A DNA stretch of 64,000 nt. It comes from Bigelowiella natans CCMP2755. Taxonomy: Eukaryota > Protista > Cercozoa. The stretch spans positions 18,985 through 82,984 of the forward strand of contig ADNK01003345.1 of assembly GCA_000320545.1 (NCBI GenBank). The letters are read 5' to 3'. Below the pieces are notes generated by a model. That model worked only from the letters and a program-made list of their open reading frames with translations, was not told the origin of the DNA and searched no databases. Both the position numbers and the translations under genes were made by a program. Shown here piece by piece: positions 27,087 through 40,687 of this stretch (the first letter of the stretch is position 1; each line of letters opens with the position of its first letter).

Positions 27087-30000
27087 TGAAAGCACACAGG
27101 AATATGTATGGTTTACACTAATAAATGTAAAAACTCAATAATTTCCCCTCTCTTCTCCTCTATATAAACGGTGAAGCCTGAGATGAATGATTCACAAGCT
27201 AAATTTCTTACATAGAATGTTGGACGCAGAAGATGCAAATGTAACAGTAGCAGCATCGGCAGCATGGTATCTAAGGAATATATTGATTAGCAGTAATAAG
27301 TTTTTCGCTTGTTTCCAAAGAACTCTTTCTTTTTATCATTACCACCCTAATACGACGTCATCTTACTCTTTCCAAATATGTTATTATGCATAGCAGCTAC
27401 TACTATGTATGATTCTGAATTTGGAAGTTGATAAATACGAGTAAAGTGATGAACATTTAACGGAGTATGTTTTTAGAATTATCGAGTAACAAAAATAGAA
27501 TATGACAACCTTCTTCTGGTGCTACGATGATTGCTGCTAGTGTGTGTAATGAAAGCCATATCCAAGTATGCTAGTTTCTTGCAGCTTCTCACTATCATCA
27601 TAGTCACAATAATCACTCAGTATACACTACAACCAACACATCCTGATGTTATTATCATAATTAGTTAGTTTATTGTCATGATAACATTAATTACAGTTTT
27701 TGGGAATGTACCTTTATTTAGATTCGTAAAGTAAGTTCATGTTTGTATTCAACATTATAATAATCTGGAAAAATTAATTTAGCATGTACCTGCTCTCAAG
27801 CCCGTACTATTTATTGTCTTACAACCCGCTATTGACAAACCTTCGAGACTCGAACTGCGGACGATGTTGATGATAACAGTAATGAGAATAATTATTCAAC
27901 AAGAAGTCGTAGTTAATTGCTGTGTGTGGGAATAAGCGATAAACAGAAATGTAGCATTTTCTAGTAGGGTTACTTCCACTTCTCATAATAATACACTGCT
28001 TTCTCAGAAAACAAAAAATGCAAAAGAAAGGGATTCTAGGTGCATGTGGTGACAAAAGAACACTGGTAAATGTCAGTGATGGTACTTGCAACGATGTAAA
28101 ATCTTTGAAAGGGCTATATTTGAAAGCTTTTTCAAACCTAGGAAGAAGAATACAAAGAGTAACTTTTCATTATTTATTTACTTATCAATAATTACTTTTA
28201 TTATTTTAATTAATATATGGTGGAATTAGGAGGGGACGGAAGAATGATAGTTCCAAATTTCGAGAAAAGATGAGAAGATATTCATGCTCGCTTGTTAATA
28301 TTATTCGTTTAGAATGCTGATTTTCAATACGCTATCATTTATTTCTTTCGTGTGGGAGTTATATGTGTGTGTGAGTGTGTGTGTGTACACAAAGAATGTG
28401 TTCATCATGTTCTTTTTCATTACTTGCCGCCTACGCACCTGTGAGATCAAGAAATCTCAGTCCACGTGGCACTAGCTCGCACCAACTCTGAAAGAGAGAG
28501 GGAGAAAGAGAGAAAGGGTTTAATGTGTAATATTTCGTTTCTGATGTGTGAAAAATTAGTCATTCATTTTTTCAGGTTTCTGAGTATGCACGGGAGGTCG
28601 TAGTAGCAAAGTGTAATGATGGTATTGACCATCGTGTGTGGTCAATGTCATCAACTATCATCCACACACGGCAAAATCCCTCACGCACCTCTCCAGTCAC
28701 GTTGACGCTAACGTTAGCGATGTAAAGTTTCTCAAGCGTATCATTCTCAAGAGAACACCCACAGCATGAGAGAATTAAAAACAATCCTTTGTCTACATAT
28801 TTGCACAAATTGTGATGAAGCAGATCATATGTTGTAAGTAGCAAGATGAATGGGGAAAGTCACTACATGAAATATCTGAGCAGTGAGAGAGCTGAGAATA
28901 ATTCAATTGTTAGCAGGGAGGAGGAGGAGGAGGAGGAGGAGGAGGAGGAGGAGGGAGACACATTTCATCCACAATTTGCACACAAATACACACACCCTAT
29001 GCACACACACATACACACATATTGCATACATGTACATGTACACACATTTTAAACATGCTTTGTTTTGCTAGTAAGTTTTACTCGATAAATAATGCATGTC
29101 ACCACCACCATCTACGAATGATTAGTTTCACTATTGGTGTGGTGTTCATCACATGAATGAACATTGATACCGTCTATTCTACGAAGTCCGCTAAGATTTA
29201 GAGAGCGTAAGTGAACTGCAGGTGTTAGAATATATCAATAATGTCAACACACTGCATAAACACAACCACCAACACAGATAGCAGCTATTTTTTTACTATT
29301 TTCTTCATTGATCTACCAACTACTATGCGGTAGCAGAGTGATCTAGTTTACATAATGATTAATTAATTATTATTCATGATAAATGCTGCCATAACATCTA
29401 CTCAAACAATGTCACCTCACACTGTTGCTGCTGCTACCACACGAAATGATGATTATGCATGATGAATTAAAAAAATAATGGAATGGTTATGTTATCGAAA
29501 TGTGCAAGATGTGTGTAGGTTCGCTTATATACTAGTAGTATTAGTAGTATTAGTATTAGTAGTAGGTAGCAGTAGTATAAAAATTATTATTTTTGAATGA
29601 TTATCAACTAACCAACCAATCGCCATCTTCTCTTCTTCTTATTCTTATTCTTCTTCTACCAAAACTTCAAAAATTCTATTTGCCTTGTGGATGGATTATT
29701 CTCAAAACACTAGAGCCTACAATATGATGATGATGATAGATAGATAGATAGATGATGAAATCCACAGTGAAATGTTAAATTATTGTCTGTAAAACTACTA
29801 ACGCGACAATGATGATAACAAACGACAACCATGACAATAGCTTGGGTAGCATAGTAAGGGATTGATTCTACTTCGTTCTTAAAATGGTAGTAATCGTGTT
29901 ATTGCATTACTTATTATTTCTATTTCAATCAGTGTCATTTTCTAATTGCGAAACGATGATGATGATGATGATGATGTTTCAAAAATGACTTTGGAAAGAA

Positions 30001-30115
30001 AGAAGGAAAGAAAGAAAGAAAGAAGCAGGATATCCTATGTGTGCCTGTCCTCTTTAATTTCTTGAAAACAACCTCCTTGTAGTCTTTATTAATCACGATG
30101 CAATAAGGACTACTG

Positions 30116-30150
<35 letters not shown>

Positions 30151-31044
30151 ACTACAACTGCGACTGCCCTACTGCTCTATGAGTTTTTCTTACTTGTAAG
30201 TCTGGAACACATCGAAACGTCAAGATCGGTAATCATTCTGCTGCGTCTATTCTAAAGAATGTTTATTTAAAATATGATGACTCACAGCAGTAACAGCAGT
30301 AGCCGATTCATTTTTATTAAATCTAACATAAAGCTAATTCCGAGTAGCAACAAACGTTTTCTCAATTATTCATTTCATACTTACAATTAACGTCACCCCA
30401 TATCTCTCCAACATATATGCTACATTACCGTTAGCAGCGGGAAAACAACGAACCCTTGGTCTGTAACCTCATGAAGATGTCTCAGCTGTAGACGAATTTG
30501 TGAGTAGGAAGATAACGATGAAGGTGATGATGACGATGATGACGATGCTGTGGCTTTAGCAGTTGTTGATGGTGGTGGTAATGAAGTAAATAGCTGGCAA
30601 TGATCGGAGAATGCCATCTTTAGAAGCCCTTTCAATCTACTGTTGGTTAATTTTAAGCGATCTTTCGCCTAACACAGATAATAAGGGAAATAGATTATAC
30701 AAATAAGAAACGGCGGATTCCGTTGTCACGAATGCCTTTTCATTATGTGCCCGACTTTATGAAAATGGTAGTATAAACTTGTTAATTTACCGGAAATTGT
30801 TCGATCCGAATATCCGACATGTATGAAACAACGTCGCTTGCCTACACGAGGGGGGTGGGAAAAGGGGCTTTGGATTATCACGGGAAGCGGTTTATGTTGA
30901 TATTTCTTATGATTATTTCCTTGATTGACCATTGATTTCCATTGGTTTGACACTGCAGAGACGCAACAGAGGTCCTAAAATGTATGTGGCAAGAAGAATC
31001 CATCAATGAAGAAGACATCTCGAGAAGATTAATGTGAAACTGTG

Positions 31045-31079
<35 letters not shown>

Positions 31080-31634
31080 GTTGTCGTCAAAAAATATGAT
31101 GATGGCGTATCGACCTTAATAGTCAGAAATGATAGTATACCCTCTCTCCCTGGAAAATGACGGCAGGATGATGATGATGATGATGATGACGACGACGACG
31201 ACGATGGTGATGATGAGGGGTGATGATGATGATGACAATGGAGAGATTCGATTCCAAGACGCAAAGAAATGATAACATCACTGGCGATAATGTCTGCAAG
31301 TATCTGACCTACTATGATAACTAATACCTGCCAGAATTGCCGTGCCGATTTGGGAAGCAGCAGCATCAGCAGTAGCAGAATCTGTTGTTCTGATAGAAAT
31401 TCTCTTTCGCGATTTCTTACTTACTCCGTAATAATTTTGAGATGAACGAGAGGGAAGCAAAATTGGACATTGCCCTCCTCCTCCTTGTTGTAGTTCCGTG
31501 TCCTCCTCCTCCTCCTCCTCCTGTTCTTGCCTATCTCTTGCTCTCTTATTCCCAATCATCATCTCTTTATTTATTACCGGGAGTGAGTCTCGTGGGTAGG
31601 AGGAATGGGTTGTCGTTGTTTGTCTTGTCTGCAT
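24023..31634 (-). CDS. F-box/leucine-rich-repeat (FBXL-like) protein, many short exons
   Basis: F-box split over exons at ~31110-31170 and ~30900-30960 (EGILSFLTIK|DLCCVSAVSNQWKSMVN). LRR exons include ITDLDVSMCSRLT (~30200), HLRSLNLSGLRRID (~29190), GLRFLDLTG (~28450), LEGLSIAGCKTI (~27830), LEELELTGC (~26510), YLSLRDLRNISDEDI (~25870) and LHFLDLRGLSDIT (~25480). Start and stop positions are approximate. Confidence 0.82.
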
Positions 31635-31639
31635 GTGTC

Positions 31640-32880
31640 GCAGGTGTTGAGTTGCAGGTAGATTTGGTGCATTGCAGGGTGGGTTTTAGTTGTCGCACCA
31701 GCTGTTTGTGATGGTGCAGCTGGCAATTTTGCTCCTTCAAAATTTTGTGAAACGAGGTCGACTTCGGTCGGCACTGCTTTCATTCATTCATTCGTCATCA
31801 GCGCTGCGTGCTGTCTGTGCATCGTGTCGAAAAACAAATTGTGATCAACGTTTCAATGTTTCAATGTTCTGCTCGTTGTTCTTCTTCGTCTAGTGCAACA
31901 AAATGTCACCGGGTTTGACCGTGTTGTGAAAATTGTGACGCCAACTGCACGACCGTCTGCGTCTCACTCTGGCACTCGTGACGTTTCACCATGGTCAAAT
32001 GCTGACACGCACGCATCCGTTTGAAGTGGATGGGACAGAACAACTTCAATTTCTCACAGCTCTTCTTGCAGCGAACTTTGGACCAGTGGAACTCATGCTA
32101 GAGGCAAGCATGCACTAGTTCTGGAGTTCAGTGAAGGGCTTTCATGCGGGCTAGCGCTAGACCTAGCTAACAGTGTGCGTGCGTGCCTAGGTGCCAGCGT
32201 GCCAGCGACCGCCCTGTTCATCACGCCCATCGTCACAGCTAGACAGTGTCGATCTTGTTGTGCTCAAACAACGCAAATGACAGCGCGGTTGTGCATTGTG
32301 GCGTGCAGATGGACTTGAAACATCCTTCACAACTAGACAAACTAGACGAACGCCATGGTGCTTGGTGGAAAGTGTCCATCACATTCGGCGGCACTCCATG
32401 CATTTCACACATCCAAACAGAAAGCCAATGCACAGTTCAGCGCGCACGTTTGTGCACGAGGGGGAGAACAATGAAAAATGGGGTTGCAGAGGGCTCATGT
32501 CATGCGTCGATCAATTTCTTGATGAGTTTGCTATTATCATCATTGTCAATGAGAGGACACGCATGCATTTTTGCAATCATGACGATGATGTCTCATTCCA
32601 CCTTTGACCCTTTGAGTTTGCGCGTGGTGAATTCTTGGCATCTGCCACTCATCGGATGAGTCGCTCGTCTAGAAAGGCAACAGCATCATCAGTGTGTAAC
32701 AAAAACAAGCCTACAAATTGTTGTCATCACTGCACACACGATAAGCTTCATCAAATTGTGTAGATGCCTTTCACTACAAACAACATCCAATCATTGCAGA
32801 GAACAAAAAGAAATGCATTTGATTCTGACCTTCCCCCAAGTATGAGCACGAAAAACTTTTTGATGGCTCTGAAATGATGC
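31640..32880. other. TpA-depleted intergenic block 2
   Basis: Manual count for 31700-32690 finds 14 TA, of which 11 are CTAG. Confidence 0.9.
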
Positions 32881-32881
32881 A

Positions 32882-33583
32882 TCACATGTCAAAAACCATG
32901 CATGCTAGGAATGGAAGGCAATGTTCAGGTTGGGATTTGTCTTCTTCCTCTTCTGTCGAATTAGACACTGTGCAGGGACAATGCGGGCTAACAATGATGA
33001 TGGTGAGTGAAATAGTGATTGGCAGGTTTGTCGTAGGCTTTGGAAAGAGATGAATCACATAAGTGACGCGCAGTATACCTTTGTCCTAATTTTGTTCGGC
33101 TGACAGCAAATCCAACGAACAGAATTGGAACACCTTAACACACACACACACACACACACATCCATCATGAAGAAGCCCAATGTGAACAATGTGACGATGA
33201 TTTGTTGATGTGAGCGCATTCATTACCAAGGAAGAATATGAGGTGAGGAATTTCTTGTGCAGGATGATAAAATTCAAATCCTGTCAAAATATCATCATGA
33301 TCATCATCGTTATGATCACATGGGCTGACACATGTCACCATCATCATCATCACCATCATCATTCTCATGGTCATCACAATGACAAACACATCATTACCTT
33401 CAGGGCCTAAATCAGCTTCCATCGTTTCGTGGAAAGCTTTATGCAGGCCCTTTGACTGCAATTGTACATCCTGGTGAATGGGTGAATGGATGAATGGAAG
33501 AAAACAAGCAAGCGACTTCATAGTAGTTTGTAAGTAAGTAAGCAAGCTCTCTAATGTGCACTTTAAACTTGTCGCAGAAAGAG

Positions 33584-33624
<41 letters not shown>

Positions 33625-34362
33625 ATTTTCACGCATTCACATATCTACATACCGCTTTCCAATGACTCGTCAACGGAAGAAGATGCACATAAATATTTCG
33701 TAGTACCCATTCGAACTGAGTGTTAAGATTGAGAATTTAGATATAGAGATCCTTTCTCTAATGCGATTACATGTAAGGTAGACTTACAGGCCATGGTAGA
33801 TCAAATCTCGGGATGTCGCAGAATAGGATAGCTCGAGACCTTAAGGTGATGATGATGATTGAAATGGCTATAATGCCGACGATGTTGACAACGATGTTAA
33901 TGATGATCTTAATGGCGATCACCTATTTACTCTGTTTTGCACATAATGCAGATATCCATCATCAAAAAGAAGGTCTTCTCCATTTGTCCACTCCATTCTA
34001 ACATGTCATTTGAAAATAGCTGCACGTTGTTGTTTCATGTGTAACGTTTGATATGTGATGGGTGTAAATTATGTGCTATGCTCTTCTATACAATGCATGA
34101 GATGCGAGTTCACGCATCATTATTTAATTTCATTTGTCAAGTATCATTATGAAGGTAAGCGGTCCTCAGTGGTGATAATGAATGATGCATGTATTAGTAG
34201 TAGACAAAATGGGGTGGTGACCATGATAACAACAACAAAAACTGCAACAATAATGATGATGATGATGATGATAATGATGGAGATGGTATGACGTTTGGCA
34301 ACGAAAAAGAATATGATTGTAACGATACTAATTTAAAGAATATCATAAGATGATAATGATGG

Positions 34363-34393
<31 letters not shown>

Positions 34394-35501
34394 TACCGAA
34401 CAGGTTCCATCTGCTTCGAAATTTCCTCCTTGTACACTTTGAACCCATTTTGGACATCGAGAAATACTTCCCTATATTTGTATGTGAGAAGAAAACAAAA
34501 CGAAAATACTCTTTTTATTATTTTCATCGTATATTATCATTATCTTTAGATTCTCCACACCGTCGTCGCAAATAACAATCATAAATCACGATCATCATTA
34601 TTATTGTCATAATCATAGCAACGATAATAATCGTGTAAAATGATGGGGAATCTGACCTGTGTTTTCTGAAAGGCCATGATCCTAGCATTCCTCCCCTAAA
34701 TGGAATTTTATCGTATACACCTGGAATAATTAATGATGACGGCGAAAGTGAGGTCTAGTTTGATAGAATGATATGAACGATGATAAAAGGGGATGGTTGG
34801 TTACCCAAATGAACAGGAGCAAATCTTCCTGTTCCAACAATAGGCTTCCCAAATTCCTTCTCTGACGATATTAAATAAAGTGTGTACGCACGTTTGGTAT
34901 TGTTTGGATATATTTCTTCATGAACATTTGTGTCAAAATTACGTGCTTTATAGTGATACCGCTACTAATAATACTACTATTAATACTACATATACTACTA
35001 CCACCTGAGTATTCAGGTATATCAATCGCTAAATGGTATCTGATATATCGTTACGAATAGGAGAAACAATAACCATCATTATCATCATATCAACATCATC
35101 ATCATCATCATCAGATAACTGATCTTCGTTGTTTTTAATTGGGTTTGACTTAGTGGTAAAGTGTGTACAAAGCAGCAGCAGAACCTTAATATGCCTTTAA
35201 ACTCTCCATAGTGGAGTCCTATTTCTTTTCCTACAACGGAGAGAACGACGTGTGGGAGGTGGGTGTTACATTGTGATGATGATAAGACCACATACAAAAC
35301 ACATCATATAATAATAACGAACCTGGTCCTACGATCGAAATCATCGCATGGACAATTGGGGTGGGTCGGATAAGATCTAGAGTCTGAAGATCATGATGCA
35401 GACGATGATGATAATGATGATAATAATGATAGTGATTATAATAAGATGTTATTGTTGATGATGATAGACACGACAATGATGATAGTAAGGATTTAATGAC
35501 A

Positions 35502-35537
<36 letters not shown>

Positions 35538-35873
35538 GTGATGAAGCACCTTGGGGAAATACTTCTTTAAATTGATATTATCCCTTCCCCCATGATAAAA
35601 TGTAACTTGGTTCCAATTTGGACGCCCGTATAGATTCGACTAAGCACACGTTACACACACGCGCGCGCGCACACAACGATACACACACAATACACATTTA
35701 CATACCACATAACACACACACACACACACACACAGACAGACACAAACACAACACAAACAGAACACACACAACATACACCACATTCACCTACCCATAATAG
35801 CAAATCTGCATTATTCTTTAATGCCATGTATTCGTCTCGAATCACTAAATATCCATATGATAATAAAGTAATA

Positions 35874-35906
<33 letters not shown>

Positions 35907-36573
35907 AATGATCGATTTTTAAAAAGGGAAGACTATTCGATAGCATCATCATCAAAATTTAATTATCGGTTGACCATGCCAGTTATCCCTCAGATTCTGA
36001 GTCCACCAATTCACACGTGGATCGCTACAGAACACAAACAATGATAACTATCCCTCAGATTCTGAGTCCACTAATTCACACGTGGATCGCAATAAAACAC
36101 AAACAATGATGACTAGTCCAAGTCGCTACAGAGTCTACAATGATGGTGATGGTGAGGTGATGTAAGTACAACCTAGTGCTCCATACGCCATCATTCGGAC
36201 TAATATACCATAGAAACGAGTTGATTATATTGCCTGGAGGAAGATGATAGAAAAAACAATCTATCATACTCCTCGCAACACTTGTCTGAATGGGGGTAAA
36301 ACAAAAATCACCTGCTTCGACAATCTCAGATATGACATGTCGTCACACCGACATATCATCCTCTCATAGCATGTATCACACATCAATTTCTCATGCATCG
36401 TCACACATTCTTATTATAACCACAATTCACACACCGCATCACCCAAGTCTGAACCTTGAACGTTTTTTCCATTGAGAAACAGCATCACAGTCTTAAATAA
36501 TAAACCTCTGCGCGTGTATGTGTGAAATATGTGTATGCGTGCAGTATGTGTATTTGTGTGCGTATTTTTGCGC

Positions 36574-36607
<34 letters not shown>

Positions 36608-36714
36608 ATGGTTATTAGCGGTGTATGTAAATAGGAGGGAGGAGTGCATGTGCGTGCGAGAGCCCATACATGGCACTGTGTGTTTGTTTGTGGGGTGTGT
36701 ATCTTCGTCATTAT

Positions 36715-36753
<39 letters not shown>

Positions 36754-37218
36754 TCCAATCTGAATGTTTCTTTTTCTGCCTATCTGTGTCATAGTGCTGT
36801 GCTTTTTATTGAAATATGAATACTTGTTATCCGGGTCATATGAATTCCAGTCGGTATATAAAGGGGCTACAATTATGGTGATATGTGTATGACCATCATA
36901 CACAGTTTGTATTGTAGTACAATGTGTACATTTATCTGTGTGGTATGATAGTTACTTATGCACGTCAAAGCTATAATGATACAAGACCAGAGTAGAGTCG
37001 TGTAGAGCATCCACTTGCATATTCTGATCAAAACTTCGTAAGACACACTTCCAAAAAATCTAATGTTAGCACTTAAACCCCCTCGCCCCCGCCCCCATAA
37101 CCTCCCACACATAACACTCAATATACATTCTTAAGATGCATATAGTTGTGATTCGTATCCGTTCCATTGACAAAAAGTTGCCGCCTCGTGAGGGGAAAGA
37201 ATCTGTAGCATCACCCAT
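32882..37218 (-). CDS. Aspartyl/asparaginyl beta-hydroxylase family Fe(II)/2-oxoglutarate dioxygenase (LpxO-like), probably membrane-anchored
   Basis: Spliced exons give WWTQNLRDNWHVIRDEY, WNQVTFYHGG..YFPKTLDLI, AMISIVGPG|KEIGLHYGEFKGILR|YHLAIDIP, EWTNGEDLLFDDGYLHYVQNR and RAILFCDIPR, the family's motif series including the iron-binding His residues. Hydrophobic segments lie near both ends. The start codon is uncertain. Confidence 0.85.
35983..36135. repeat. ~65 bp tandem duplication copying an acceptor plus most of an exon of the hydroxylase gene, with a third partial copy
   Basis: tatccctcagattctgagtccac(c/t)aattcacacgtggatcgc..acacaaacaatgat occurs twice. On the minus strand only the lower-coordinate copy keeps the AG acceptor and the TGG codon; the other has TG and TAG. 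Confidence 0.8.
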
Positions 37219-37645
37219 GACTCAATGTTTTGTTTGGCTGATCCCCACAAAGGGCAATGAGGCAATTGGAAGAATACGAGGAGAAATTTTAGTTAAGGAA
37301 GTTGCATGCTATTTTCATTATGCGACAACAAATCATCGATGTAAGGATACTATTTTCATCCTACGACATCATAAATCTATAAAAACAGCAAAACCCTCCA
37401 TATTTATCTCGGCACGGAGAATTTCTCTGAAAGAATTCGCCGAAGCGGGTCGCGGACTCCAGACCGAGCTTTGGAATAAACACAAATAATATTCGAAAAT
37501 TTTATAATTAGGTGTATATTACAAAATTACGACATGGAATGAATGTTGTCTCTACTCAAAAACAAAAGGGTTTTCAACTAGCTTTACATCACTGTCAACA
37601 CTTACTTTACCAAGAAGCTAACCCCACCTCAGACAAGCATTCAAG

Positions 37646-38395
37646 ATGGCTCTCGTCGTGGATGCAAAGGACTTCTCCCACATGCACCGTATCCTGGGAA
37701 CTAACATTGACGGTAACAGGAAGGTCCCTTTTGCACTCACCAAGATCCGTGGTGTTGGCCGCCGATTTGCCACCCTAGTCTGCAAGAGTGCCGATATCGA
37801 TATCAACAAAAGGTAATTCAAGCCATGATGTTCCAACCATGATTTTAGTATTATTTGGGAAGCAGCGGGTGGGATGAATGGTGCTATACTTAAGCTGAAA
37901 CAGTTGTCCAACAAGATTATGTGCATGATGTTGCGGAGGTTCAGAGACCGAGGGATTGCATGCATAAAATACTTAGGAGAATGTAAGAATGTAGTTCCAA
38001 GAATGTAGCTTCTGGTTGGGAGACGTTGTATTTCATGTTCATTAATGCGGATGACTATGCGACATGACTAACCTATACAAATGTTTTTTATCAGGGCGGG
38101 AGAACTCACCAGTGATGAGATCGATCAGATTGTGACTATTCTTCAAAACCCCGACCAGTTCGACATTCCAGACTGGTTCCTCAACAGGCAACGTGATCGC
38201 AAGACCAACAAGATGATGCAGTGCGTTTCCAATGAACTCGTACAGAAAATGCGTGAAGACTTCGAGCGTATGAAGAAGATTCGTCTCCACAGAGCTCTTC
38301 GCCACATCTGGGGTATTAAGGTCCGTGGACAGCACACGAAGACCACCGGACGTAAAGGAAGAAACTTGGGTATTCCTGGCATTGTTTGTAAGTAA
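37646..38395 (+). CDS. RPS18: 40S ribosomal protein S18 (uS13), two exons: 37646-37812 and 38095-38395
   Basis: [43 protein letters not shown]|[43 protein letters not shown], with a canonical GT-AG intron; 155 aa. Confidence 0.98.
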
Positions 38396-39584
38396 AGAAG
38401 TTGTGTAAGCGACCTTCAAGTAAATGCCAGACACCTTTGTCAATCCACCCCCGCCGCTTCCCTCCGCATCTGCCATAACCACCTTTCCATCTAGCAGCGG
38501 GAATATTCCTCAACTTAGAATCTGCATTTCCTTCTTGGCAAAAGGGTGCTCTGTGTTACCTTCGTGCAGACTAGATGCACGCAGCATTTGCGAATGATGA
38601 TTGTACGCGAGTATGTTATAATCCCATTCTCCCTTCTGAGAGAATGTGGTTTTGAACAAGATTTGCCACCATCATTCAAAATCAACTGCCTCCTGTGATA
38701 TTTTTAAATTTGAGATGCATTAACTTTTACAAAACTCCCCTCTCTCTCTCCCTCTCTCTCTTTTCCTTAAGAATGGGTTCCCTTAATTTATCATGACAAA
38801 GTGCACCACAAACTCACTTCTCGCTTGCACTATCTGCTCCCTCAATAATCTTATCTTTAGTCCACATCCTCCGTTCCACTTCTTTCTCTTTCTGTTTTTT
38901 CTTTCCTCCTCTTCAATTCTATTCTCCCGGTGTTATTTCTGCTTCCCTCTGTTGTTTTTTTCGCTCTTCCGAAAGCAATGTACATGTCACATTGTGGCGG
39001 CATACTATACATCCTACGATAATAACATATAGCTTGCGCTTATATCTAACATGTACTGATACATCTCTAGTCTCGTCTATGTGGATGAGCACGCACATAT
39101 ATTAGCTGTGCGATGCAGATTTGGACGCGTGTATTTGCAGCCATGCAAGCGCACGCATGTGCATCGGATATGGATTCGTCATCAACAATTTATATTCATC
39201 GTGACGTAGTCTCTAGCTATTTCGACTTTCGATCGTCATGTTTTTATTCCTGCCCAATTACATTATGCTGATCTTGGCAAGCAGTACCCATATGAGGCGC
39301 TTCGTGCATGCAAGTAGGGATCGTAGCTAGGCAATTGTGGAGACATATTTTTGCGCATGCGCTGTGCTAGAATTCATCATTATATATATGAGATTATGAG
39401 CTAGGCGGATGGCATGGCAACAATCGCGATGGAGCCGATCGAAGATTATTTGCCGAGTGCATGTACATTGTGATGGCTCTGTTACGACATTCGTAGCACA
39501 GCAAACACGCTAGCACGGACCCAGCTAGTTCCAAAGTGCTACATTAGCACCCTGTTTTTCCATTCTTATTACGTTCCTCCTTCA

Positions 39585-40640
39585 TCAAAAGTCATAATTA
39601 TTTGCATCGTTACGATCCACATTCGCTTTTCCGATGGAAGAAGAGTTGATGGCACCACTGCCTTGAATGCTTCCAGCCGCCACCTTCAGATCGTCGTTGA
39701 CGATGCTGCCTGGAACTTTCGCCCCAGCAGGGAACATGTCGTCATCATCACCCTCTTCAGCATCGTTCGACAGAAAGGCCTTTTTCTCTTCGTTGTCTCC
39801 ATGCTCTTCTTCTTGCTCCCCTTCCCCTACAAGGCTTCCTTCTTCATTTGGGCGTGCGTCCGGGATAAGGTAAGGTAGCAGTACGAGCGGTAAGCATGGT
39901 AGTATAGAAGTGATAAGTGCGACTAGCCAGAGGTTCTTGAATTGATCTCCTTCATCAGTGGACCCATTGGGCCGCACGCCCATGACGTCTAGGAGGAACG
40001 CTCCTGAGTAGTTTGATATGTTGCTTCCGAGATTCGAAGCAGAAGCGAGAAGAGCAAACATCGTCGCCTCGAGTCCCTTGGGGCATAGTCGCGACAAAAT
40101 CATGACGGCTGGCATATAGTTGAATTCCTTAATCACAGTCTGAAGTGCCGCCGAGCCTAGGACGAAGACACGATCAGATAGCCCCCATTGTTTGTTCCAT
40201 CGAAGGAAGACGATGATGTTGAAAAGGGACAATCCAGAGTATACCAATGTAGACCAGAGGAAGATCGTTCGGTATTTCATGTTGCTCAAGTAGCGGTTGA
40301 AGATGAAGATCCCAATGATTGCCGTACCAGAAGCAACAAGTCCTATAGCAGTGGTGTAGAACCAATCGGAGAAATGGGGGCCTTCCGGATACTGCTGGGG
40401 ACCATCTGTGAAAAAATAAAAAGTGGCTCCCTCGATAGACATTGAAAAAAGCGTCTGGATCAATGTGTAAGCGTTCACTTTCGCAATAATCGGTGGTGTC
40501 CAGCGAAAGAAGCCTAAATGAAGAAGATATTCAAGAGTTATTGATGCTACATAAAGATTGACTAAAAACCATCCACGATCAACAGAACTAGATATGGCGC
40601 TCATTGTCTCTTCTCTCCTTTCTTTCAGATAACCCCCCCC

Positions 40641-40687
<47 letters not shown>

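Noticed and set aside
21670-32880. Calling the interstitial TA-poor blocks transposons
   Set aside because: I could not recognise a transposase, reverse transcriptase, terminal inverted repeats, LTRs or target-site duplications, so their origin is left open.
32930-33480. Plus-strand gene with a signal-peptide-like start
   Set aside because: Plus-strand exons do not join in frame, while the minus strand gives canonical splice sites and the hydroxylase C-terminus.
32882-37218. The 2-oxoglutarate dioxygenase as the enzyme behind the TpA signature
   Set aside because: Its motifs are Asp/Asn hydroxylase/LpxO type and it is membrane-anchored, not TET/JBP or AlkB. No candidate deaminase was seen in the window.
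17338-38395. Non-standard genetic code (stop reassignment)
   Set aside because: Conserved genes end normally with TAG (REV3), TGA (POLD3) and TAA (RPS18) and use Tyr codons.
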